A stretch of DNA of 9,384 nucleotides, taken from assembly GCA_964565725.1 (NCBI GenBank), contig CAZMGA010000020.1, forward strand, positions 1 through 9,384. The letters are read 5' to 3'. The notes under the pieces were generated by a model, which worked only from the letters and a program-made list of their open reading frames with translations, was not told where the DNA came from and did not search any database. The position numbers were made by a program, and so were the translations under genes. Below, piece after piece: positions 1 to 7,453 of this stretch (within the stretch, counting starts at the first letter, position 1; the number at the start of each line of letters is the position of its first letter). Source of the DNA: an uncultured archaeon (GTDB lineage Archaea > Iainarchaeota > Iainarchaeia > Iainarchaeales > 0-14-0-20-30-16).

Positions 1-3000
1 CCACAATCATTAAAAGTTAATAAATCATCAGGATTTGGACTTGTTGATTTTAAATAAGTTATTGCACTTTCATCCACCTCATAATCTGAATCACACGAAA
101 CTTCAAAATTTAGACTTTCAGCCCATTTTTCTGATTTTAATCCTACTGATGCATCAACACTTTCCTTTATTATTTTGTATTGATAATTATTTTGCCCAGT
201 TGCAACAAATAAAGATGCATAATTATCATCTTCATTTAAAGTAATTGAATTATTATAATCAATTAATTTAAGTGGAATTGCTTTATCTTTAATTATAACA
301 TATTTTGCCTCTTGATAATCATCAATAGACGGAATTACTCCTATAGCCATAAAAAAAGCAGCTACCGCTAATCCCGCACCAGCTACCCATCCCAATCCAG
401 GAATTTCTAATAAACCCATTATTAAAACTACTATTAACGCAGTTATTGCTACCGTTGAACCCGTCACAACAGAAGTAATAACCCCTGCATTAGTCATATC
501 CTGAACATTATTTCCAAATAATAATTCCTCACCATCACCAATTTTTATTCCATACCCACTTTTATCATCTTGTTTTTTACTTTCAGCTAACAAATTTGCA
601 AATGTATTTTCATTAGTTATACTTAATGCACCAGGTACATCCATATTATAAACTCTTAAAACATCTGAAACATAAATATCTTTATTTGAATTAGTTTCAT
701 CAAATATTGATGCCCCTTTAATTATAGTATCTTGCAACCTTTTATTTAATTCTTTAGAGTTTTCTAAATTAACATTTAAAAATGGATTATCAGAAAACAT
801 AAAATTGTTTGGCAAAGATGTTTGAACATTAGTTAAAATATTTTTTACTCTTTTATATGAATCCTCATCTTTTGTTTTACCATAAAGTTCTAAAGCATAA
901 GCACCAGAGACATTAGGTCTATTTATTTTAATTGTTTTATTACCTTCTAAACTTAAAATTTCTTTTGAATATAAATTCTCTCCTACCCCTTCAAATGTAA
1001 ATCCCACATAACCCTTATAATTTGTAGATCCTGAATTTAAATTATCGTAATATAAACCACAAGCTTCAGGTACTTTACCTTCATTATCTCTACAAATAGT
1101 AATATCTAAAGGCATATTACAGGTATTTTCTATTTGAATTTCAAATTGATTATCTGTATATAATGGATTAATATTTGTAGAATCAATTTCTCCTTTTACA
1201 GGTTCTAAAATTAAGGAATCAATTTCTTCACCATCTTTATTTTTTATTTTAATACAATCTTTAATATCCATTACTGAAACAGAAAAATCCAAAACATTAG
1301 ATTCAACTTTTTTAATTCCCGATGATGTTTTTATTGCACCTAATAAACTTAAAGATAAGTTTGTATTTCCATATACTCCTTTTGGAGTAAATTCTATAAA
1401 TCCATAATAAACATTATTTGTATTACCTTCCCAATTATTTACAAAAACTTTAGGGACAGAATAAATTAATTCTGTATTTCCAACAGAATTTAAAACAAAA
1501 GAATAATTGCCTAAACCTAAAGTACCTTTGTTATGTTTTAAAGTTGCATAAGCACTATTAAAATTAACTGGTGAAAAACTATTACCAATTTCATTTGAAC
1601 TTTCAATGCCACAAGTATTGTAAACTATTATAGGTATTGACATAGCTTTAGATCCATCACTAACAAAATTAGTATTATCAGAATTAAATCCTATAACTAA
1701 ACAATTATCTGCATTTGTAGGATAACCATCAACAATTAAATTTATTTCAAAAGGAACAATTCGAGTAAAAGATTTACCCTCAGTACTAAAATGCAAAGTT
1801 AAATAACCATTAATATTTTTCTTATTTGTAAGATCTTTAGCATAAACTTCATTTAAAGATGCTTTAAATAAATTATTTAATTCAGTTCTTGCTTCTCCTT
1901 CCAAAGTTGTAGAACCATCATAAACTAATTGCCTACCTTTTATTATTTTATTAGGATATGCATTTTTAATATAATTTTGCATCTCACTTATATCTAAATA
2001 TCCAGAATTATTATAAGAATAATTATCTATAACCAAATCAGAGTATTCATAAACAATATCCGAAGCAGTATTATTTATTAAAGTCAAACTATCAAACCCT
2101 TCTTTTGTAGATGGATAAGATAAATTTACTGTTAATATTTCAGGATCAAAATCAAACATTTTTACAGAAACTTCTAAATCATGTTTTTTATTGTAATAAG
2201 AATTATATCCTTCTTTGGAAACCAATATTTGAATATAGGTACCAGCAACTAAATCTTCTGCTTTTAATTCACAGTTAACAACACCTAAATAATCAGTAGG
2301 CATATCTTTACAGTATTTAACTACAGAATAATTTTTTGAAGTTGGTTTTTTAATTTTAAATGTAACTAAAGCATCCTTTAAAGTATTATTTTCAGAAGTT
2401 ACACTCACTTTAACATTTTGAGTAATTTCTGGCGCTAAAATTCTATCAGGAAATAATTTTACATTCATATCTTTTGATTCATTAACATTAAATAATAAAG
2501 ACAAAGCAGGTTTTCCTTTAACAATTATTTTTTTATCATCATCAACAATTAAAAAATTCAAATATGATTCTTCATTTATTATAGATGTTAAAACCATTTT
2601 TCCAGAAATATATTTATTAGAATAAAAATTATCAAATAAGTATTTTTCTAAAATAACACCAAAATAATTTTCTTTATAATTTTCTTTTTCTGTATTTGGT
2701 CCAAAAATATTTAAATCAGAAATTCTCAAAAAACTTCTTTCAGAAACATTTTCTTTTACTACAGCAAAACTTTCACCTTCTGTCAGCGCATTATAAATTT
2801 GTAAATAACCATTTTTTATTTTACCATCAGAATCATTTATACCATTTAAAATATCAAAATTTAATTCATAAACATGTCCTGAGTTTAATAAATAAGATTT
2901 ATCTTCATAAGTTTCAACATATAAATCGTCAGTTCTATCTAATAAAGTGTATCTTCCACAAAATTGGTCTGAATCACAAACTGAATTTGTGCCTATAGCA

Positions 3001-5207
3001 TAACTTTTAGATTCTTTATATTCACTAATATTATCAACAAACAATTCCCAATTAAAATTTAAAGTATCATATAATTTAACACTAGAATCATCTTTTACCT
3101 TTATTTTATAAAATACTCTATAAATACCCCTATCATCAACATCAAAAAAAGATTTTGCAACTTTTGCTTCACCAGTAGTTAATATTTCTTCTTCTAAATC
3201 TTCATATAACAAATCAGATTCTGCAGAAGTATAAGAATTAATAATAAAAAATTTTTCTTGATCTACTAATTCATTATCCCCTAAATTCAAATAAAATTCA
3301 AAATCATCATCAATATCATTAATTAAAATATCAAAACCTAAGTAATATTCTTTACCAATTGTTAAAGACTCTTTTGAACTAGAACTTATTTTTGAAAACG
3401 CACCTAAAAATTCTACACTTGAAGAATCTTTATTAGTTAATGGTTTCATTTTAATATCTTCTTCCCAATTTTCATTAGTAAATAAAAGTCTCGCTTCACT
3501 CACATATTTATAATAATCATCGTCATCATCTTCTACAACATAATAAATTTGATGACCTGATTTAAAAGAAGAATAAACATTACCTGAAATATTAGTTATT
3601 TTAGTACCTAAATTTTTTCCAGCTTTATTATAAAAACTTACTTTTGCACCAACTAAAGGATCATTATCTTCATCAAAAATATTTAAATTAATTAAAGAAT
3701 AACCAAAAGACATAGTTATATTCAAATCAATTTCAGGAATTTCACCAGCATTTGTTTGAGAGATTATAAAACTTTGACTAAAAGTTTCTGAAAATCCATT
3801 ATATAATCTTAATTTATAAACTCCTTCAGGAACTATAAAACTTGTTGCTCCATCTTCATCTGTATTATCAATATCGTATGAAATTAAATCAAATTGTGTT
3901 AAGTCATCAATCAAAAATACTTTTACATCTTCAACAGGATATAAATCTTCATCTAATACTTTTACATTTACTTTTGCTCTACTATATTCAGACATTTTTT
4001 TAACAAGAATTGTAAAATTAGTAGATGTACTTTTAATATCTAATTGATAATTAGATATAGGTGCTAAATCCTCATTATTTGGATTAAAATCTAAATAATA
4101 AATACCATAATCATAAACTGGCAAATCAATTTTATTATTGTTTACTGTCCCTTTATAGATTACTAAACCAGAAGAATTTTTTAAAGACAAATCACCTGAC
4201 AAATTATAAGAGCTAGAAAAATTTACATTTACATATCCTTTTGTTGGTTGACTTAATTGAATTTTAATTTCTGTTAATTCATTTTCCAAAATTTCAATAT
4301 TTACATAACTTGAAGCATTATCTTTAATAGCATAAACAGTATAACTACCAATTGGCAAATCAGAAATATTTGAAATACCTAAATTATTTGTGTTTGTAAT
4401 ATCTATTTCAGAACGTAAATCTTTAGAATCATAAACTTTTATTTTTACATTACTAATAGAAACACCTAATTCATTGACTACAATTACTTTTAAAGCTCCA
4501 TTAGATATATTTCCTTTTAAGTTATAAGTTATAGGACTAAATTCTAAACTACATGCTAAATTTTCACAAATTTGACCTGAAGTTAATTTATAACCTTCTA
4601 AACTAGGGGTAAATATAATATTTCCACAATTAGAAGGAACTTCTAAATTAGCAACACTATTTGTTACAATTAAATTTTTTGAAAAATTAGTTTTATCACA
4701 ATTAATTAATAAATCAAAATTTTTACTTAAATTAGAACCATCTATGTTTTGCATATAAACTGTAACGGGCATTAAAATTGTTTTATTTACTAAATTTATA
4801 GTTAAACTTTTTGAAAAATCATAAATATCTTTTTCAGTAGTATAATCTTCTAAATCTATTTCAGAAATAGTTATTGTTTTTGATTTTGGTAATTTTATTA
4901 TTCCAAAACCTTCTTCTGCATATCCTTCATATAATTTGCCATCAACTAAAACACTAAAATTAAAATTATCTATTAATTGAATGCCATTATTTTGAAACGT
5001 AAAAGAAACATCAGTTTTAGGACTATAAAGTAAAAAAAACAAAACTAAAAAAATAATTAACAAAAATAAAACTAAAAAAAAGACCATTGAAGGCATTACT
5101 TTGTCAATTTTATCAGTTAATTTCTTTATTGGTATCTTTGTATCAATTTTATCTATTAAATCATAATATTTATCTTCAACTTTATAATAAAAATCCAAAA
5201 AACCCAT
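1..5207 (-). CDS. Giant membrane-anchored, probably extracytoplasmic protein with multiple Ig-like/carboxypeptidase-regulatory-like beta-sandwich segments (partial, C-terminus beyond base 1)
   Basis: Frame with plus-strand triplets starting at positions divisible by 3. Starts MGFLDFYYKVEDKYYDLIDKIDTKIPIKKLTDKIDKVMPSMVFFLVLFLLIIFLVLFFLLYSPKTDVSF... from ATG at 5207. No tta/cta/tca in frame down to base 3, i.e. 1735 open codons. The translation looks protein-like throughout, with repeated segments such as SISNVKIKVYDSKDLRSE..NLGISNISDLPIGSYTVYAIKDN and DPLVGAKVSFYNKAGKNLGTKITNISGNVYSSF. Confidence 0.93.
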   Translation of the reverse strand, partial: MGFLDFYYKVEDKYYDLIDKIDTKIPIKKLTDKIDKVMPSMVFFLVLFLLIIFLVLFFLLYSPKTDVSFTFQNNGIQLIDNFNFSVLVDGKLYEGYAEEGFGIIKLPKSKTITISEIDLEDYTTEKDIYDFSKSLTINLVNKTILMPVTVYMQNIDGSNLSKNFDLLINCDKTNFSKNLIVTNSVANLEVPSNCGNIIFTPSLEGYKLTSGQICENLACSLEFSPITYNLKGNISNGALKVIVVNELGVSISNVKIKVYDSKDLRSEIDITNTNNLGISNISDLPIGSYTVYAIKDNASSYVNIEILENELTEIKIQLSQPTKGYVNVNFSSSYNLSGDLSLKNSSGLVIYKGTVNNNKIDLPVYDYGIYYLDFNPNNEDLAPISNYQLDIKSTSTNFTILVKKMSEYSRAKVNVKVLDEDLYPVEDVKVFLIDDLTQFDLISYDIDNTDEDGATSFIVPEGVYKLRLYNGFSETFSQSFIISQTNAGEIPEIDLNITMSFGYSLINLNIFDEDNDPLVGAKVSFYNKAGKNLGTKITNISGNVYSSFKSGHQIYYVVEDDDDDYYKYVSEARLLFTNENWEEDIKMKPLTNKDSSSVEFLGAFSKISSSSKESLTIGKEYYLGFDILINDIDDDFEFYLNLGDNELVDQEKFFIINSYTSAESDLLYEDLEEEILTTGEAKVAKSFFDVDDRGIYRVFYKIKVKDDSSVKLYDTLNFNWELFVDNISEYKESKSYAIGTNSVCDSDQFCGRYTLLDRTDDLYVETYEDKSYLLNSGHVYELNFDILNGINDSDGKIKNGYLQIYNALTEGESFAVVKENVSERSFLRISDLNIFGPNTEKENYKENYFGVILEKYLFDNFYSNKYISGKMVLTSIINEESYLNFLIVDDDKKIIVKGKPALSLLFNVNESKDMNVKLFPDRILAPEITQNVKVSVTSENNTLKDALVTFKIKKPTSKNYSVVKYCKDMPTDYLGVVNCELKAEDLVAGTYIQILVSKEGYNSYYNKKHDLEVSVKMFDFDPEILTVNLSYPSTKEGFDSLTLINNTASDIVYEYSDLVIDNYSYNNSGYLDISEMQNYIKNAYPNKIIKGRQLVYDGSTTLEGEARTELNNLFKASLNEVYAKDLTNKKNINGYLTLHFSTEGKSFTRIVPFEINLIVDGYPTNADNCLVIGFNSDNTNFVSDGSKAMSIPIIVYNTCGIESSNEIGNSFSPVNFNSAYATLKHNKGTLGLGNYSFVLNSVGNTELIYSVPKVFVNNWEGNTNNVYYGFIEFTPKGVYGNTNLSLSLLGAIKTSSGIKKVESNVLDFSVSVMDIKDCIKIKNKDGEEIDSLILEPVKGEIDSTNINPLYTDNQFEIQIENTCNMPLDITICRDNEGKVPEACGLYYDNLNSGSTNYKGYVGFTFEGVGENLYSKEILSLEGNKTIKINRPNVSGAYALELYGKTKDEDSYKRVKNILTNVQTSLPNNFMFSDNPFLNVNLENSKELNKRLQDTIIKGASIFDETNSNKDIYVSDVLRVYNMDVPGALSITNENTFANLLAESKKQDDKSGYGIKIGDGEELLFGNNVQDMTNAGVITSVVTGSTVAITALIVVLIMGLLEIPGLGWVAGAGLAVAAFFMAIGVIPSIDDYQEAKYVIIKDKAIPLKLIDYNNSITLNEDDNYASLFVATGQNNYQYKIIKESVDASVGLKSEKWAESLNFEVSCDSDYEVDESAITYLKSTSPNPDDLLTFNDC
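336..482 (-). other. Gly/Ala-rich hydrophobic hairpin (likely two membrane helices) near the visible C-terminal end of the giant protein
   Basis: Encodes approximately VITSVVTGSTVAITALIVVLIMGLLEIPGLGWVAGAGLAVAAFFMAIGVI, two long apolar runs separated by EIPGLG. Confidence 0.7.
3480..3710 (-). other. Carboxypeptidase-regulatory-like / Ig-like segment C
   Basis: SFGYSLINLNIFDEDNDPLVGAKVSFYNKAGKNLGTKITNISGNVYSSFKSGHQIYYVVEDDDDDYYKYVSEARLLF follows segment B directly. Confidence 0.5.
3711..3983 (-). other. Carboxypeptidase-regulatory-like / Ig-like segment B
   Basis: SRAKVNVKVLDEDLYPVEDVKVFLIDDL..YDIDNTDEDGATSFIVPEGVYKLRLYNGFSETFSQSFIISQTNAGEIPEIDLNITM shows the same fold-like pattern (D-E-D-G-A-T-S-F ... 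P-E-G-V-Y-K-L). Confidence 0.5.
4254..4514 (-). other. Carboxypeptidase-regulatory-like / Ig-like segment A
   Basis: GNISNGALKVVVNELGVSISNVKIKVYDSKDLRSEIDITNTNNLGISNISDLPIGSYTVYAIKDNASSYVNIEILENELTEIKIQL has the familiar pattern 'v.d..G.pi..v.v.v.d..G...t..l..GsYtv.a....y'. Confidence 0.5.
5025..5087 (-). other. Predicted N-terminal transmembrane helix / signal anchor of the giant protein
   Basis: Encodes MVFFLVLFLLIIFLVLFFLLY, an uninterrupted hydrophobic stretch preceded by a Lys-rich segment (KIDTKIPIKKLTDKIDK). By the positive-inside rule this suggests N-in, bulk-out topology. Confidence 0.85.
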
Positions 5208-5237
5208 AATAAATCTATTATAATATATAATTAAAGT

Positions 5238-5249
5238 ATTTAAATATAT
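5238..5249 (-). promoter_or_regulatory. Possible archaeal TATA box for the giant minus-strand gene
   Basis: Minus-strand reading gives CATATATTTAAATA about 30-42 nt upstream of ATG 5207, compatible with a short-leader transcript. Confidence 0.35.
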
Positions 5250-5280
5250 GTTAGGAAGACTTTTTAAACAAAACAATGTG

Positions 5281-5291
5281 TTTTTATAAAC
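5281..5291 (+). promoter_or_regulatory. Possible archaeal TATA box for the MBL gene, suggesting a leaderless or near-leaderless mRNA
   Basis: TTTTTATAAAC is centred about 24 nt upstream of ATG 5310. Confidence 0.5.
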
Positions 5292-5309
5292 TTTGAACTT
5301 TTTTTATTA

Positions 5310-6305
5310 ATGTTAAAAATTAATTATAATAAATCCATTAATTTATGTTTAAACGAGTTAAATTTATCTTTAGATCCTATATCTAAAAGTGCCATTTCAG
5401 ACATAAATTTTGTGTCTCACGCCCATAAAGACCATATAAGTAAAAACACAAAAGAAAATTCCATATATTTTGGTACAAAACCTACTTTAGATATTGCAGA
5501 AATTTTGTTTAATGATCAAAAACAATCAAAAATATTGGAATTTAATAAAAATTACAAAATAGATAATTTAAGTTATAAAATAATTAATTCAGGCCACATT
5601 TTGGGAAGTTATTCATTAGTTTTAGAGTATAATGGTTCAAAAATTACAATAACTAGTGATATAAATACTTATAATACAACAACTACAAAAGCCACAATAC
5701 CCGAAGATACAGACATTTTAATTATTGAAAGTACTTATGGCTCAGAAAAAGACATTTTTCCAAAAAGAGATGAAGAATATTCTAAATTATTAAGATGGAT
5801 TTTATTAAATAGTTTAAATAATAAGTTGCCAATTATAAGTGCATATACATTAGGGAAAACACAAGAAATATTAAAACTAATTTGTGATAATACTAATTTA
5901 AAAACAGGCTTAACTAATGAAGCTTATGACATTTGTAATATTTACGAAAAAAATAATATTAAATTAAAAAACTATGAAAAAATTAATGGAAATGTGAATG
6001 AATTAGATTTAATGATTTTACCTCCATCTAAAATAAATAAAAGCTACATTCACGCTTTATCTACTATTTGTAAAAAAGACATAACTTTCGCGTCAACAAC
6101 AGGTTTAGGCTTAAACTTTGGTCAACAATTTAAAATTTCAGACCATAGTGATTTTAATGGATTAATTAATTATATAAAGGAAAGTAATGCAAAAACAATC
6201 TATACTTATCATGGAAAAGATGTAGAATTATCTCTTGCTTTAAATAAAAAATTGAATAAATTTTCAAAACCTTTAAGAGAAATTAAAAAAATAGAAATAA
6301 TTTAA
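5310..6305 (+). CDS. Metallo-beta-lactamase fold nuclease-like protein (archaeal mRNA 3'-end-processing-factor-like / ligase-associated-exonuclease-like)
   Basis: 331-aa ORF. Residues 37-42 HAHKDH (HxHxDH), 95-100 GHILGS, 115-118 TSDI, 140-144 ESTYG, PIISAYTLGKTQEI, SDHSDF at 277-282 and YHGK at 300-303. These match the metal-binding and beta-CASP-type motif order. Confidence 0.9.
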   Translation: MLKINYNKSINLCLNELNLSLDPISKSAISDINFVSHAHKDHISKNTKENSIYFGTKPTLDIAEILFNDQKQSKILEFNKNYKIDNLSYKIINSGHILGSYSLVLEYNGSKITITSDINTYNTTTTKATIPEDTDILIIESTYGSEKDIFPKRDEEYSKLLRWILLNSLNNKLPIISAYTLGKTQEILKLICDNTNLKTGLTNEAYDICNIYEKNNIKLKNYEKINGNVNELDLMILPPSKINKSYIHALSTICKKDITFASTTGLGLNFGQQFKISDHSDFNGLINYIKESNAKTIYTYHGKDVELSLALNKKLNKFSKPLREIKKIEII

Positions 6306-6318
6306 TTATACATATAAG

Positions 6319-6329
6319 TTTTATATAAA
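6319..6329 (+). promoter_or_regulatory. Possible archaeal TATA box upstream of the NOG1-type gene
   Basis: TTTTATATAAA lies about 56-66 nt upstream of ATG 6385, after the stop of the previous gene. A second AT-only stretch (about 6337-6352, TATATATATAATA-like) is an alternative. Confidence 0.4.
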
Positions 6330-6374
6330 CTCTGTAATTATATATATAATATTTAAACTTAAAGATTAATGATT

Positions 6375-6379
6375 GTGAT
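6375..6379 (+). promoter_or_regulatory. Possible weak Shine-Dalgarno-like element (GTGAT) for the NOG1-type gene
   Basis: GTGAT, part of the archaeal GGAGGTGAT consensus, sits 5 nt before ATG 6385. Confidence 0.3.
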
Positions 6380-6384
6380 TTTTT

Positions 6385-7407
6385 ATGGGATTTATAAAAG
6401 GACAATATATACCTACAGCAAATGAATTAATTAATACTGCTTTTCAAAAAGCAAGAACAGAAGCAGATAGAATAACTGATAAAGATTTAGCAAGTAAAAT
6501 AATTAATAAAGAAAAATTAAGAGTAAAAGTATCTGCCGAAGAATTAACATCAAAATTAAAAACAATAATTAATCAATTTCCTGATTTAAGTGAATTAAAT
6601 CCTTTGTATAGAGCATTACTAAAAAATACAATTGACATAATAAAATTAAAAAAAGCTTTAGGGCATTTAAATGCGTCATCAAGAACTATTGATGAATTAA
6701 AAAACAATACTTTAATAAAAATGTCTCGATCCAGAAGAGAAACAATTTCTAAAAACAGAAATGAATTTTATGGTAGAATAGTATCAGTAGTAAAAAGATG
6801 TGATTCTTCATTAAATGTTATAAAAAATGCAATGAAAGAATTTTCACAAATCCCTAAAATTAGAGACTTACCAACAATATTATTAATAGGATTACCTAAC
6901 ACTGGTAAATCTACTTTTTTACAAAAAATAACGAACGCAAATGTAGAAATTAAAAATTATCCTTTTACTACAAAAAGATTACAAGTAGGAAAAATTTCTG
7001 ACAAATATTTAGAATTTCAAATATTAGATTCACCTGGTTTATTAGATAGAACAGAAGAAAAACAAAACAAAATTGAAAAACAAACAACTATTGCTTTAAG
7101 AACTATTGCAAATTCAATAATTTTTATATTTGATGCTAAACAAAGTATAAAAAATCAATTAAACATATTAAAAAGATACAAAAAAGAAATTAAAGAAAAA
7201 CCCTATTTTGTAATTTTAAATAAAATTGATTTAGTAGATGAAAAAGAATTAAATGACATTAGAGATGAATTAAAAACATTGAAATCAAAGATTTATGAAA
7301 AATCGCTAAAAGATATTAGTGAAGAAGATATTAAATTATTTAAAAATGAAATTTATAAAATAAATAAATCTTGGTTTATTCAAAAGGGCAATGAAAAAAT
7401 AAAATAA
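6385..7407 (+). CDS. NOG1-type GTP-binding protein (50S ribosomal subunit biogenesis GTPase)
   Basis: 340-aa ORF with G1 GLPNTGKST, switch region IKNYPFTTKRLQVGKI, G3 DSPGLLDR and G4 NKID. The N-terminal helical domain ends in the SRSRRETISKNRNEFYGRIVSVVKRCDSSLNVIKNAMKEF..IPKIRDLPTILLIG arrangement typical of archaeal/eukaryotic NOG1. Confidence 0.93.
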   Translation: MGFIKGQYIPTANELINTAFQKARTEADRITDKDLASKIINKEKLRVKVSAEELTSKLKTIINQFPDLSELNPLYRALLKNTIDIIKLKKALGHLNASSRTIDELKNNTLIKMSRSRRETISKNRNEFYGRIVSVVKRCDSSLNVIKNAMKEFSQIPKIRDLPTILLIGLPNTGKSTFLQKITNANVEIKNYPFTTKRLQVGKISDKYLEFQILDSPGLLDRTEEKQNKIEKQTTIALRTIANSIIFIFDAKQSIKNQLNILKRYKKEIKEKPYFVILNKIDLVDEKELNDIRDELKTLKSKIYEKSLKDISEEDIKLFKNEIYKINKSWFIQKGNEKIK

Positions 7408-7430
7408 ATAATTAATAAAAAAAAATAAAA

Positions 7431-7453
7431 AAATTAGAGATTTACTCTAATTT
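7431..7453 (-). terminator. Hairpin plus U-rich tract, probable terminator of the minus-strand gene
   Basis: AAATTAGAG-ATTTA-CTCTAATTT is a perfect 9-bp inverted repeat with a 5-nt loop. Read on the minus strand it is followed by a T-rich run with few As (complement of aaaaaaaaataaaaaaa). It spans the TAG stop at 7447-7449. Confidence 0.6.

Noticed and set aside
35-244. 69-aa plus-strand ORF in the supplied track
   Set aside because: Lies entirely antisense to the giant minus-strand frame. Its Leu/His/Asn/Gln-rich composition is what antisense reading of AT-rich coding sequence produces, so it is not believable as a gene.
2696-2998. 100-aa plus-strand ORF in the supplied track
   Set aside because: Antisense to the giant ORF, with the same low-complexity, His/Leu/Asn/Lys-rich composition, no motif and no promoter or ribosome-binding signal. 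Treated as spurious.
3505-3540. Apparent atc/gtc trinucleotide microsatellite
   Set aside because: It is only six or so Asp/Glu codons in the giant gene (EDDDDD), too short and degenerate to call a repeat.
5208-5309. tRNA or small RNA gene in the divergent intergenic region
   Set aside because: The region is almost entirely A/T, with no cloverleaf-like stems or conserved T-loop (GGTTCRANNCC) sequence.
6306-6384. Small structured RNA between the MBL and NOG1 genes
   Set aside because: The TATA-TATA-rich palindromes (e.g. TTATATAA) are explained by promoter-like A/T sequence, and no GC-containing extended stem is present.
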